Under the pieces are notes generated by a model. It was not told the origin of the DNA. It did not search any database and was given only the letters and a program-made list of their open reading frames with translations. A DNA stretch of 31,553 nt from Neophaeotheca triangularis (lineage: Eukaryota), in the NCBI GenBank assembly GCA_054600435.1, contig BAAIJX010000068.1, positions 62,001-93,553 on the forward strand, given 5' to 3'. This document shows, piece by piece, positions 21,401 to 31,536 of this stretch. The position numbers were made by a program, and so were the translations under genes. Numbering within the stretch: the stretch's first letter is position 1; each line of letters begins with the position of its first letter.

Positions 21401-23407
21401 TGGAGGCTGTGTCCATTTCTCTGCTGAAATCTTCTCGTGGTACCAACCCGATGGCATACTACAACGCAGTAGCATATGCCAAGCTTCAAGCCAATATTTT
21501 CGAGCTACACGGCCACAACTCGCAACTCACCAAGACAAGCGAGGACCATCTACGGACGCTACGCTCAGAGAAAGACCCGCTGCAGATCTGCGCTTTCCTG
21601 GCTGGTCATCAACAGCCTCTGTCGGGTAGCCAGACGCTCAATCGCTTTTGTAACGAGCTCATAGCAGACCTTACCGACGCCAAGATCTCTTCTGACGAGT
21701 CCCGCATGATGGTCCTACTTGCGCAGTTAAATGTCATCCTGCAAGCGCCTGACACTGACATCGCTGATCTCACCGCTACGCAGAGGCTGGTGTTCTTGGT
21801 GAAGAATGTCGTGCAATTGCTCGAAAATGCTTCCTCTGTTGCGTTGAAGGCAGAGATTTGCAAGACGTTGTCGCTGCTCATTCATGGTATTCAAGATATG
21901 TATGGTGAGCATTGGGCACAACTACTTGATTTCCTGTGTGCGTTCTGGAACTCGGAGCACGAGCCCAAGAGCGAGGCGGAACAGGAGGAACACATATTGC
22001 TTGTCAACGCCTCTCTGCGACTGTACGCTGCGCTGGACAAACTGCGCAAGAAGGAGGAAAGCAACGATGATCTCGTCGACTCCTGGAAAGAGCACCGTGA
22101 TAGCCTTGCGCAAGGTCTCATGAAGCTGCTGAAATCTACCAGCGACATTCCCGACGATGCTCACCAGCCCCTCATGGTGACGAATGACCGCCTTGCCCGA
22201 GCTATTGCAAATGCGCCGATTGGCGTCGATCAAGACGTCGATGAGCTCTACGCGCTGTTGTACAAGAACTCCCGACCTGTTCAGCAGGCTGCATTCGACT
22301 TGCTTCACAAACAAATTCCTCTCAAGCAAGAGCAGATCTCCCTCGAAGCGGCACTTGAGAAAAAGACGGCGCAACTTCCCGACGAGCTTCTCTCGCTGAT
22401 CTTGGAAGCCCCAACGCTCGACAGTCTCGTAGACGAATCGTTCGACAGACGCATGCCGCTATCACTGCAAGGCTACCTATACAGCTGGCGCCTGCTCTTC
22501 GATCACTTCGACAGCTCAAGCTACAAAGTCAAGAGCGACTACATTGAGCAGCTCAAAGACGGCAACTACCTCTCAGGCCTACTGAACTTCACCTTTGACT
22601 TCCTCCGCCACAGCCAAGGCCGCCCTATCGACGCCTCGAAATTTGAAATCACAGAATATACCCCCGACATGGAGCCCTCCCCCGAGCGCGACGTGCAATG
22701 GCTCCTAACCCACCTCTACTACCTCGCAATCAGCAACGTGCCCAGCCTAGTCAAAACTCACTACCTCGCCATCCGCCAACGGCAAACCTCGCTGGCCGTC
22801 GAAAGCTGGACAGCCAAATATATCTCGCCGCTGGTCGTCGACGCAAGCCTTAGGTCTGTAGCTGAGTGGGCTGAGAAGTCCGTCAAGGACGACCCAGAGT
22901 ACGAGAAGATGAAGATCAGCGTCGGCATGCGCAGCAGGGAGGTCAATGTCAGCTACGTCGTGGATGAGCAAATCATGGCTATCAAAGTGGTGTTGCCGGA
23001 AGCGTACCCGATTGATTCCGCCAAGGTTGTTGGTGTGAATCGCGTCGCTGTCAAAGAAGAGAAATGGCAGTCTTGGCTCCGCAACACCCAGGGCGTCATC
23101 ACTTTCTCCGTAAGCTTCTCCTTCCCCATACCAATGCCCCCACATCCAATACTAACGCTTCCTTCTTCTTCAGAACGGCAGCATCACGGACGGCCTATCA
23201 GCTTGGCGCAAGAACGTGACGGGGACGCTCAAGGGCCAGACCGAGTGTGCCATTTGCTACTCCATCATCAGCGGCGACAAGCAGCTGCCTACTAAGCGCT
23301 GTCCGACTTGCAAGCACATGTTCCATGCGAGCTGCTTGTTCAAGTGGTTCAAGACGAGTAATGCTAGTACTTGTCCGTTGTGTAGGAATGCTTTTAATTT
23401 TAATTGA
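18433..23407 (+). CDS. LTN1: E3 ubiquitin ligase listerin (ribosome quality control)
   Basis: Exons 18433-18714, 18775-23109 and 23174-23407. N-terminus MSKRQFKSQASSGR..FKNLSKKDGTTKAKALEEL and LFPRLSIDN..VR. An RWD-like region (VVLPEAYP, WQSWL) precedes the C-terminal RING ECAICYSII..LPTKRCPTCKHMFHASCLFKWFKTSNASTCPLCR. Confidence 0.97.
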
Positions 23408-23778
23408 AAGTGGAAGAGGGTGTTGGATGAAGAAGAAGGGTATGCGGAGGGTTCGGACTGAGTGGGCAGGATGGCTGGTAGATGAGTAGTGTGTGTGTAG
23501 ATATATGATGCATCAAAAGCAGTACTCATATGTTTCAAATGTCGCAAACACCTCGCGATCGTCGTCGCCCGAGTCTCAAACGCTTGCAACACGTGACCCT
23601 CGCTTAGCTAAATTCGCGCTAGTGTGCGGCTGCTCCCGCATGTTCTTGCTACCACCGGCCGTCAACGCGCAGCTCGGCTTCCTACCTACCTACCTTTTGC
23701 ACGTCTCTCTACAACACCTCGAGCAAGCCTTCTCCTTCCAAGACAAACCACAAAGAAGACCACAGACATTGCGCAAGG

Positions 23779-24715
23779 ATGTCTAACAGAGGCGGCACCA
23801 CCCTTTACGTGACGGGTTTCGGCCCCGTCACCCGCGCGCGCGACTTGGCCTATGAGTTTGAGCGGTATGTTGCCCTCCTACCTCACCTACACACTCCTGC
23901 CGTCACAGCTGCAGCCTTTGACTTTCACTTTCACTTTCACTTTCACTCTTTTCACACGCTATGCGCGAAGGTTCTTTGAATGAATGCACACGCTGACTCG
24001 CCATGAAGCTACGGTCGTCTCGTGCGTTGCGACATCCCAGCTCCGCGCTCATCCAGCAGCCGCATGTAAGTTTATACCTCTTCCCCGCTCCTGCCACAAC
24101 ACTGAAGCTTACAATACAGGTTCGCCTTCGTCGAGTACGAGTCCCGTCGCGATGCCGACGATGCCTACCATGAGATGCACAACGTGCGCTTCAACAGGGA
24201 TGATGTGTTGAAGATCGAGGTAAGAATAGAAGATCTTCGGATACTAAAGCATGGCAAGGGACTGACACACTCTTCCAAAGTGGGCCCGCACTCCCCCATC
24301 TGCCTCGTGGCGCTTCGATGGCCCAGGCCGTGACGGTGCGCCTCGCGAGGGACGCGGTGCTCCTGCACGTGGCGGACGCTCTCCCCGCCGTCGCTCGATG
24401 ACCCCTCCTCGCCGCTCGGCCCGCTACTCCCCTGCCCCTCGCAAAGACGACCGTGAGCGCGACTACGACCGCCGTGGCGACCGCCGCGACCGTGACCGTT
24501 CCCGCTCTCCCGAGGACCGCGACCGCGAGATGAAGGATGTCCGTGACCGTGATGAGGATGTTCGTGGAGGTGAGCGTGAAAACGGCGCCAATGGAGATGA
24601 CCGTAAGGGTAAGAGCTTTGAAGAGGATACCTCTGATCATGAGGCTAAGACAGCGACAGACCGTGCCGTTGAGGATGAGCCCGCCACTCACGACGATCTC
24701 GACACGGCGGAGTAG
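23779..24715 (+). CDS. srp1: SR-family splicing factor Srp1 (single RRM plus RS/RD region)
   Basis: Exons 23779-23864, 24009-24065, 24120-24219, 24281-24608 and 24660-24715. They give [74 protein letters not shown], then RSP/RD repeats, ending HDDLDTAE. The last intron is in-frame. Confidence 0.93.
23921..23947 (+). repeat. (ACTTTC)4+ hexanucleotide microsatellite in srp1 intron 1
   Basis: actttcactttcactttcactttcact, read directly. Confidence 0.9.
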
Positions 24716-26317
24716 AGATATTTGCTTTCAGATCATACTGACAAGCGTTTCTCTACAGTCAGAGGTGCAAGGCAGCAGGGTTTCGGCAAGGAGAACGCCG
24801 AGCTGCTGGACATTGCGTCCTAGGCTGCAGACACATGGCTCACACACAGAAGCGAGACACTCAAGCCAAGCGCTTAATACTGCATAGGTGGCGTACTGGC
24901 TTTTCGGGTATGCAAGAAAGGGTGGAAGACAGGCCAACGGTCTGACTGACTTATGAACAACGGCTAGTCAAAACGATCGACAATCCAAGCCTTCTTCCTT
25001 TCACCCCAGCGAACGAACAACCACCTCAAGCAGCGATCGAATCGGTCGGTCCCAAGTTTTACGTACAATAGCGAACCAGAAACCCTTTCGAGCTCCAATC
25101 TCCAACCTCGTGCATCGACCGTCCACCTACCGTCCTCCCAAGCGTCCATAGACTTACCCTCCCCCATCCCTCCTCCGATTCATGCCTCCATCGAATGCAG
25201 CCTTCGAAACGAACCCACTCGATTTGCCTCCCCACCACACGCTCGCGTCGTCGTCGTCGCTACGGTACCGGTCTTACTAACTACAGCCGGTTGGTGTTGG
25301 CTTTGAGCGGAAGTATGAAGTACGTTTTGGTGCTGAAAGTGTTGGCGATGACGCTACTAACTCGGGCTTTTCAACTTACACCCCAATTGATGCATGCTGT
25401 GATTCAACCTCGCGGCTTTGCCTTGTACTTCTTTCCAGCAAAGTTGGGACGCCGAGATTCTGCTGCCCGTGCTACGTGATATGCGTCTTTGATGTGCTGC
25501 CGAGCATCCACGCTTCTTTGCTAATCTTGTATGGGCTTGGCGGGGGAGTGACTGATACCCTGCAGTGCCGTAAGCAGACAGTGCTCTATTTCGAAGCTTG
25601 TTCCTATGGAGTGTAGGAGTAGAGTGGAGGATTAGTTTTATCACTTGCGATTGTCGCTGTAACCTTGCGATATGACGACTCGTCTGGCTGATGCATTTTG
25701 ACATGTGTACCTACAGTAGGTAGACTTGTTGGGTGAGCAATCAACTTACACTTCTTCTTAATTGTCAAGGTTCACATTGTTCTTGAGTAGGCGTGATAAC
25801 ACGCAACCTAATAGAGCCCTCGGAGCTGATTTGAAAGTGATTGGTAGCGTGTGTGCGATATCGAATAAATAGCTGCTGTAGTTTAGGCGCATAACTACAA
25901 TAATTGGGTGTGTCTGAAGAAGTCGACCATAGAACAAAGGAAGTAGAGAGGATCATGCGGCCCCAGCTACGGCACGCTGCAGGGACTTGTCCGGGGAACT
26001 GAACCAAGCCCACCCACCCCGAATCGCCGAGACCTCCCTAAGTAACTTGCCCAGTTTGGATACCTCTCACCTCACGCGCCTTCGTAAGTCACGACAGACT
26101 GCTATAATTGTCTTCTTCTCAACGCATTCTAGGATAATGATTGACTGCTATTGCGCATTGTGATCTGGAGATATTGATAAGCGGCCCGCGAGCTGGACCG
26201 TCGGCGTACTCGTCTCGAGTCTTGGGGCTTACCGAGCGACGAGTAACCTGACCCTGGATTGAAAGAAAGCAACCTCGATTGCATCCATATAGAGACGTAG
26301 ACGGCACGGCCTCTGAG

Positions 26318-28003
26318 ATGGACGACAAAGGTGCCGCGACAAAGATCCACGCGAGACGGAGGAGCAATTCGACCATGCAAGCTGCCGGCAGCAATCCCCC
26401 TTCATACAAAACATCTACGGCTTCTATACCGGACAACGATGGGAAGATAATCCAAGAGGAGGCTTCAGATCGATCTAGCAGGCAGTCTTGGAGCTCGGAC
26501 ATGGAAATGGATAATATGCGCTCCGACGAAGAAGAGCTGGCAGACGACGACGACGACGACGAAGAGACAGGCCTCACAAAAGCAGATCGCAAAAAACGAC
26601 GACGAAGAAAGCGAAGAAACACCCAACTCGACGAGCGCGTTGTCGGCAATCCAGCTGTGAACCACAGCAACGAACAGGACGTCAAAGCCGAGCAAAAGCT
26701 CGTCACGGCCTCGCTGCTCCGACACACCCTCATCAACGTCCTCCTCATCGCGCTGTGGTACTCCTTCTCCATCTCCATTTCCGTCTACAACAAATGGATG
26801 TTCAGCAAGGATAACCTCAACTTCCACTATCCGCTCTTCACCACCTGCGTGCATATGCTCGTGCAGTTCAGTCTAGCCTCGCTCGTGCTGTTTTTCTTCC
26901 CGCGGTTTAGGCCGTCCAACGGCAATGTTCCCCAAACCAACATTCCCCCCAGCAACGACACCGCCGGCTCCTATTCCCAGCTCGACGGCACTGACCCACA
27001 AGAACACCCAAAACCTCCACCCGCGCCCAAAGCCCCCCTAATGACTAAATGGTTCTACCTAACCCGCATCTCCCCCTGCGGCACCGCCACGGCACTAGAC
27101 ATCGGCCTCGGCAACTTTTCCCTGCGCTTCATAAGCTTAACCTTCTTCACAATGTGCAAATCCAGCGTCCTCGCCTTCGTCCTACTCTTCGCCCTAATCT
27201 TCCGGCTAGAAAAACCCTCCTGGCGCCTCGGCGGAATCATAACCCTCATGACCGCCGGCGTCATCATGATGGTAGCGGGCGAAACCGCTTTCAACGCTCT
27301 CGGTTTCGTGCTCGTCATGACCGCAAGCTTCTGCAGCGGTTTCCGCTGGAGTCTTACGCAGATTTTGCTTCTTCGGAACCCGGCCACCGGCAACCCTTTC
27401 AGCTCCATCTTCTTCCTAACGCCCGTCATGTTCCTCGCACTCCTAATCCTCGCGCTACCTATCGAGGGTCCCACGCAGCTAATGGAAGGTCTCAAAATCC
27501 TCACCGAGGCAAAGGGAACTCTCCTCGGAGTGCTGTTGCTGCTCTTCCCGGGATTCTTGGCTTTCATGATGGTAGCGGCGGAGTTTGCGCTGCTGAAACG
27601 GAGTTCTGTTGTTACCTTGAGTGTGTGTGGGATTTTCAAGGAGGTTTTGACGATTTCGGCGGCTGGGGCGGTTTTTGGGGATGAGTTGAGTCCCGTGAAT
27701 GTTAGTGGGTTGGTGGTGACGATTTGTAGTATTGGGGGGTATAATTGGTTGAAGTGGAGGCGGATGAGGGAGGCTGCGGAGAGGGAGGTCGGGAGGGTTG
27801 TGGAAGGGGAGGGGGAAGGGGGGAGGGGGAAGAGTGGAGGGGCAGAGGGGGGAGAGGGGGAGGCGGCTGTTGGGTTGTTGAGGGAGGAGGTTGAGGAGGT
27901 TGAGAGGGAGAGGAGGGGCGGAGGCGAGAGTGCGGAGAGGGAGGAGACCACTGGGGAGAGGAGCAGTCCTCCTGTTAGTAAGAGGCCGGAGTACTTGGAC
28001 TAA
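26318..28003 (+). CDS. TPT-family nucleotide-sugar transporter (YMD8/SLC35C2-like)
   Basis: First ATG at 26318. Motifs LIALWYSFSISISVYNKWMF, FHYPLFTTCVHMLVQF, PCGTATALDIGLGNFSLRFISLTFFTMCKSS, FRLEKPSW, SGFRWSLTQILL and SVVTLSVCGIFKE; multiple hydrophobic TM segments; intronless. Confidence 0.92.
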   Translation: MDDKGAATKIHARRRSNSTMQAAGSNPPSYKTSTASIPDNDGKIIQEEASDRSSRQSWSSDMEMDNMRSDEEELADDDDDDEETGLTKADRKKRRRRKRRNTQLDERVVGNPAVNHSNEQDVKAEQKLVTASLLRHTLINVLLIALWYSFSISISVYNKWMFSKDNLNFHYPLFTTCVHMLVQFSLASLVLFFFPRFRPSNGNVPQTNIPPSNDTAGSYSQLDGTDPQEHPKPPPAPKAPLMTKWFYLTRISPCGTATALDIGLGNFSLRFISLTFFTMCKSSVLAFVLLFALIFRLEKPSWRLGGIITLMTAGVIMMVAGETAFNALGFVLVMTASFCSGFRWSLTQILLLRNPATGNPFSSIFFLTPVMFLALLILALPIEGPTQLMEGLKILTEAKGTLLGVLLLLFPGFLAFMMVAAEFALLKRSSVVTLSVCGIFKEVLTISAAGAVFGDELSPVNVSGLVVTICSIGGYNWLKWRRMREAAEREVGRVVEGEGEGGRGKSGGAEGGEGEAAVGLLREEVEEVERERRGGGESAEREETTGERSSPPVSKRPEYLD

Positions 28004-28971
28004 ATGGTAAGGTAGAGTCGTTGATTTGATTTGGTAGCGAACTTCTGTATAGGGTATTTGACGATGCCACGAATACTTTATTACAGACAAGCTGTTGCGG
28101 GCTTGTCACTATGCTCGTACTCAATCGTTGGCAATGTACCCTTCGGTCACCAGCTGTGGCTTCTTCTACTTTGAGCTCGAGTTCGGAAAAGGGGCAATCA
28201 AACGCCACAGCTTATTCCCAACTATTGCCGAAGTCTGGCTTGCTAGGTGTTTCGTTATAGTTGGAGCAGCTTCTACCGACCACAGTAAGGAAACAGAGTA
28301 TATACGCTGTAATACATGAGGTCATGATATTGTTGATATGCCCGCACTGCTATCAATAGTCGCGCAGCTCGTGCGTGTTGCCATGCTGAACGGCAGTAAA
28401 TGAAGCGAAGAGGGCTGAGGTGTGAATAGGCTCTGGATACGCGTTTATGATTGGTTAAACTAGTGAAGAGTGGGTCATACCCTTAATTTCCTCACTTGTT
28501 TAAGCTTCGGTACCTGCGTCGCTAGCGCCGTTGGCCTGTGTCTGGAGAAGCGTTCCCACCTCCCCCCCCCCCTTCCGCCGTCCGACCTCACCGCCGCCTT
28601 TCTTCCTCTCTCCGCCCCAACACGCTCTCTCGATAATCACCGCCACCACCAACACTGCCTCTAATCACCCCGCGTGTCTAGCTGCCATTCTTTTCGGCGA
28701 GCACGCCATTGTCACTCCTTCGGTATCCAACACCCACTCTCATTAATCGACTGATTGCGCGTGTTTCACCTTTACATTCCTGGAATACACCCAAGAGCCA
28801 GCCCGAGCAGGCCGCATTCCTCACTCCGCCTTCCGCTGCCCTCGTACACACACGACCTCACCTTGCCTGTGTCAACCTCACCTCGCGCCTAGCCAGGTGA
28901 GCCACGTCGACGCCAACCTCACCCCCAGCGGACTCCGGCCACACGACAAACGCGACAACCGACTCTCGACA

Positions 28972-30799
28972 ATGGGACTCCACGGACGCCACACCCACGG
29001 CCGCGTCTTTCGCGGTCTCGAAGCCAAAAGCCTGCTGGAGATGCGTAAGCGCGATAGCCACGGCGACCACGTCAAGATGCACATCCCCGAGGGTTTTGAG
29101 GAGAAGCAGCAGGCCGATCACAGCAATCAGTCCGGCGAGCATATCAAGATGAACATCCCCGAGGGATTTGCGAGGAAGCAGGTGCAGCAGCAGGATGACA
29201 ATGGTGTCGCAACGGCTTATACGGTCAAGTATGTGACTGTGGAACCTTCGTTTGAGGTCACGGGCCCGGTGGTTTACTCTACGATCACGGATGAGAGGGA
29301 TTTGCCGACGCAGGTTGCGCAGAGTGCTGCCAGGACGACTGCTGTGGCCGCCGATGAGGAGAGTATTGCTACTGCTGCTGCTTCGGTGAACAGTGATGAG
29401 GCTGCTTATGCTGCGGCCAAGTCGGCGGCGCAGAATCGGGGCTCCAGCGCTACTGCTAGTGAGGTGTCGGCGACTGCGACTCAGACTGTTGCTGCTGTTG
29501 CTAGTACGAGTGAGGAGGCTTCTTCCGTCTCGCCCATGACGACTCTGGCTACGTCTTCTTCCGCTCCTACTACGACATTCGAGGGCCACGATGGACATGT
29601 CGTGGGTGGTGGTGGCGGAGCTGTCAGGGCGACTCACAGCACTTCTAGCACCCCCGACGCGGAAATCTCAAAGGACGGACAAGGCATGTCTGGTGGCGCT
29701 CAAGCTGGTTTGGCGATTGGTATCATTGCGTTGTTCGCCTTGATCGGTCTCGGAGTGTTCTTTCTGATTCGCAGGCGCAAGAGCAAAGCCGGCCAGCAAC
29801 AGCAGGACGAGATGACCAACGAAAAGCCCCCCGGCTTCGTTGTAGGTGGCAACGGTCAACTCACCGCAGCACCGCAAACGAAAACCCGCTTTAGCGCGGA
29901 CAGCGACACAGCACCAAGCGTTAGGACCACAGCCACCGCGCCCCGTCTCAGCCTACGCCCCGTAACCCAATTCCTCCCCGGTTTCGGCACCATCGACGCC
30001 AACAAATCCTCCACCAACCTTTCCGAACCCACCGAAAAGCCCACGACTCGCGAAAACCCCTTTGGCGACGCAGCCGTGCTGTCGGAGAAACAAGCCGCCC
30101 CGTCCGCAACCCCACCCAGCAACAATCCCTTCGACGAGCAGCAGCAGCAGCGGCCCGCAACCGCCCACAGCAAAGCCGCCTCCAGCTCTTCCTCTTCGTC
30201 GCAAGCTTCCCAACCCTCAACCCCAGCCCACCTCGCCACTGCTGCCGCTGTTCCTGTTGCTGCCGCCGCCGCCGCCTCTCAGCAGCCCCCGCGCCCAACC
30301 GGTCCCAACAATGTCCACCGCGTGCAACTCGACTTCAAGCCCACCATGGACGATGAGCTGGGACTCAAGAGCGGCGACCTAGTGCGCATGCTGCACGAAT
30401 ACGACGACGGCTGGGCGTTGTGCGTGAGGATGGATAGAACTATGCAGGGAGTTGGTGCGTATTTCCTAATCCCCTACCCCAGAAAGAAGAGGGGAAGAAC
30501 GCATTTTTTCAGAACGTAAAGCTAACATCCTCGACCCAACAGTTCCCCGCACCTGCCTTTCCAAACTGCCGATTAAACCGCGCCCCATTCCCAACAACAA
30601 TGGTCCTCAGCACCCGCGTCCACAGTTTCAGCAGCAGCAGCAACCCCTCCCCGCTTCCGCTTCCCAGCCGAGCATGTACCCTCGTCCTCTCACTCCTAGC
30701 GGTGGCCGTCCCGCTTCGCCTGCCCTTTCTACTCCTGATAGTGGCAACGGCAACGCAGGGGTCGTGTCGCGGAAACCGGTGCCTGGTGTTGCCATGTAA
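28972..30799 (+). CDS. Fus1-like single-pass membrane protein with Ser/Thr-rich ectodomain and C-terminal SH3 domain
   Basis: ATG 28972 (ACAATGG), S/T/A-rich region, then TM GMSGGAQAGLAIGIIALFALIGLGVFFLI followed by RRRK. Further motifs: APRLSLRPVTQFLP, two NPF motifs and SH3 VHRVQLDFKPTMDDEL..LHEYDDGWALC. Intron 30455-30542 (GTGCGT..GCTAAC..CAG) restores QGVVPRTCLS; the protein ends RKPVPGVAM* (TAA 30797-30799). Confidence 0.88.
29062..29181 (+). repeat. Two copies of a coding repeat with 72-nt period (GDHVKMHIPEGFEEKQ / GEHIKMNIPEGFARKQ)
   Basis: ggcgaccacgtcaagatgcacatccccgagggtttt at 29062 versus ggcgagcatatcaagatgaacatccccgagggattt at 29134. Confidence 0.85.
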
Positions 30800-31536
30800 G
30801 GATATGGTGGTCTCATCGTGGAATAAGGCATCAAAGGGCAAGCAAAGAAGGTGGTGGAAACGGGAAGAAGCATGAGAGAGTGGAGGGGAGAAAGTGGAAG
30901 AATGACAAGGCTTTGATGAAGACCGACTGGAGGGCAAAAGAGCGGCAAAACACGACGACGACCTTTTACGTCTCCTTTTCTTTTCTGTTCTTTGTTACTT
31001 GGGGACTTGCTTGCTTGCTCACCCGCCATCACCAGACTGTCTCTGTCATTGCCATCATGACTGCTAGTCCCAGTCCCCTGCGGTCGGCTCGGCAGTCTGG
31101 AGCGAGCAAGGAGCCGTAACAGCAATGGGCGGTACGAACTACTCTTTCCCGTTTTGTCGTCGAGGTGGAGGTCTTTGGTTTTCAAGCGGATTCCCCTTCT
31201 TTTCGATGCTAGCTTGTCTAGCTAGTATTTCTAGGCTACTGCTTAGTGTATGTAACTTTTATTATTAGTCTCTATGGATCGAGTCCTTTCGAGGTGGGTT
31301 GGGGGGGTTCTGTCAGGTACTGGGGAACGCTGTCGGAGCCGATGGCGAGGGTTCGTTGTCAGAGATGAGCACTCCTCAGCCGTAGCGGCAAGTCGAGCAT
31401 GCCGGCTGGCTTCACGGCCAGAGGGCTTTATTCGACAAAGCAACCTGGACACCTCACTCCTCAGAAGCCAGCAGCCCCTTCGAAACACCTCCAGCCTCAC
31501 CAACCTTTACCAACACCTCCCAAAACCCCTCCACCT

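Noticed and set aside
24716..26278. Telomerase RNA or C/D snoRNA host in the srp1 downstream region
   Set aside because: By eye I found no TAACCCTAA-type template and no convincing paired C (RTGATGA) and D (CTGA) boxes.
27049..28090. Antisense and off-frame ORFs of 298, 211 and 203 aa over the transporter (likewise 28858-29637 and 17061-17873)
   Set aside because: Shadow ORFs of well-supported genes in compositionally skewed DNA.
181..30542. All 14 modelled intron lengths are 3n or 3n+1, none 3n+2
   Set aside because: Post hoc observation on a small, unvalidated set.
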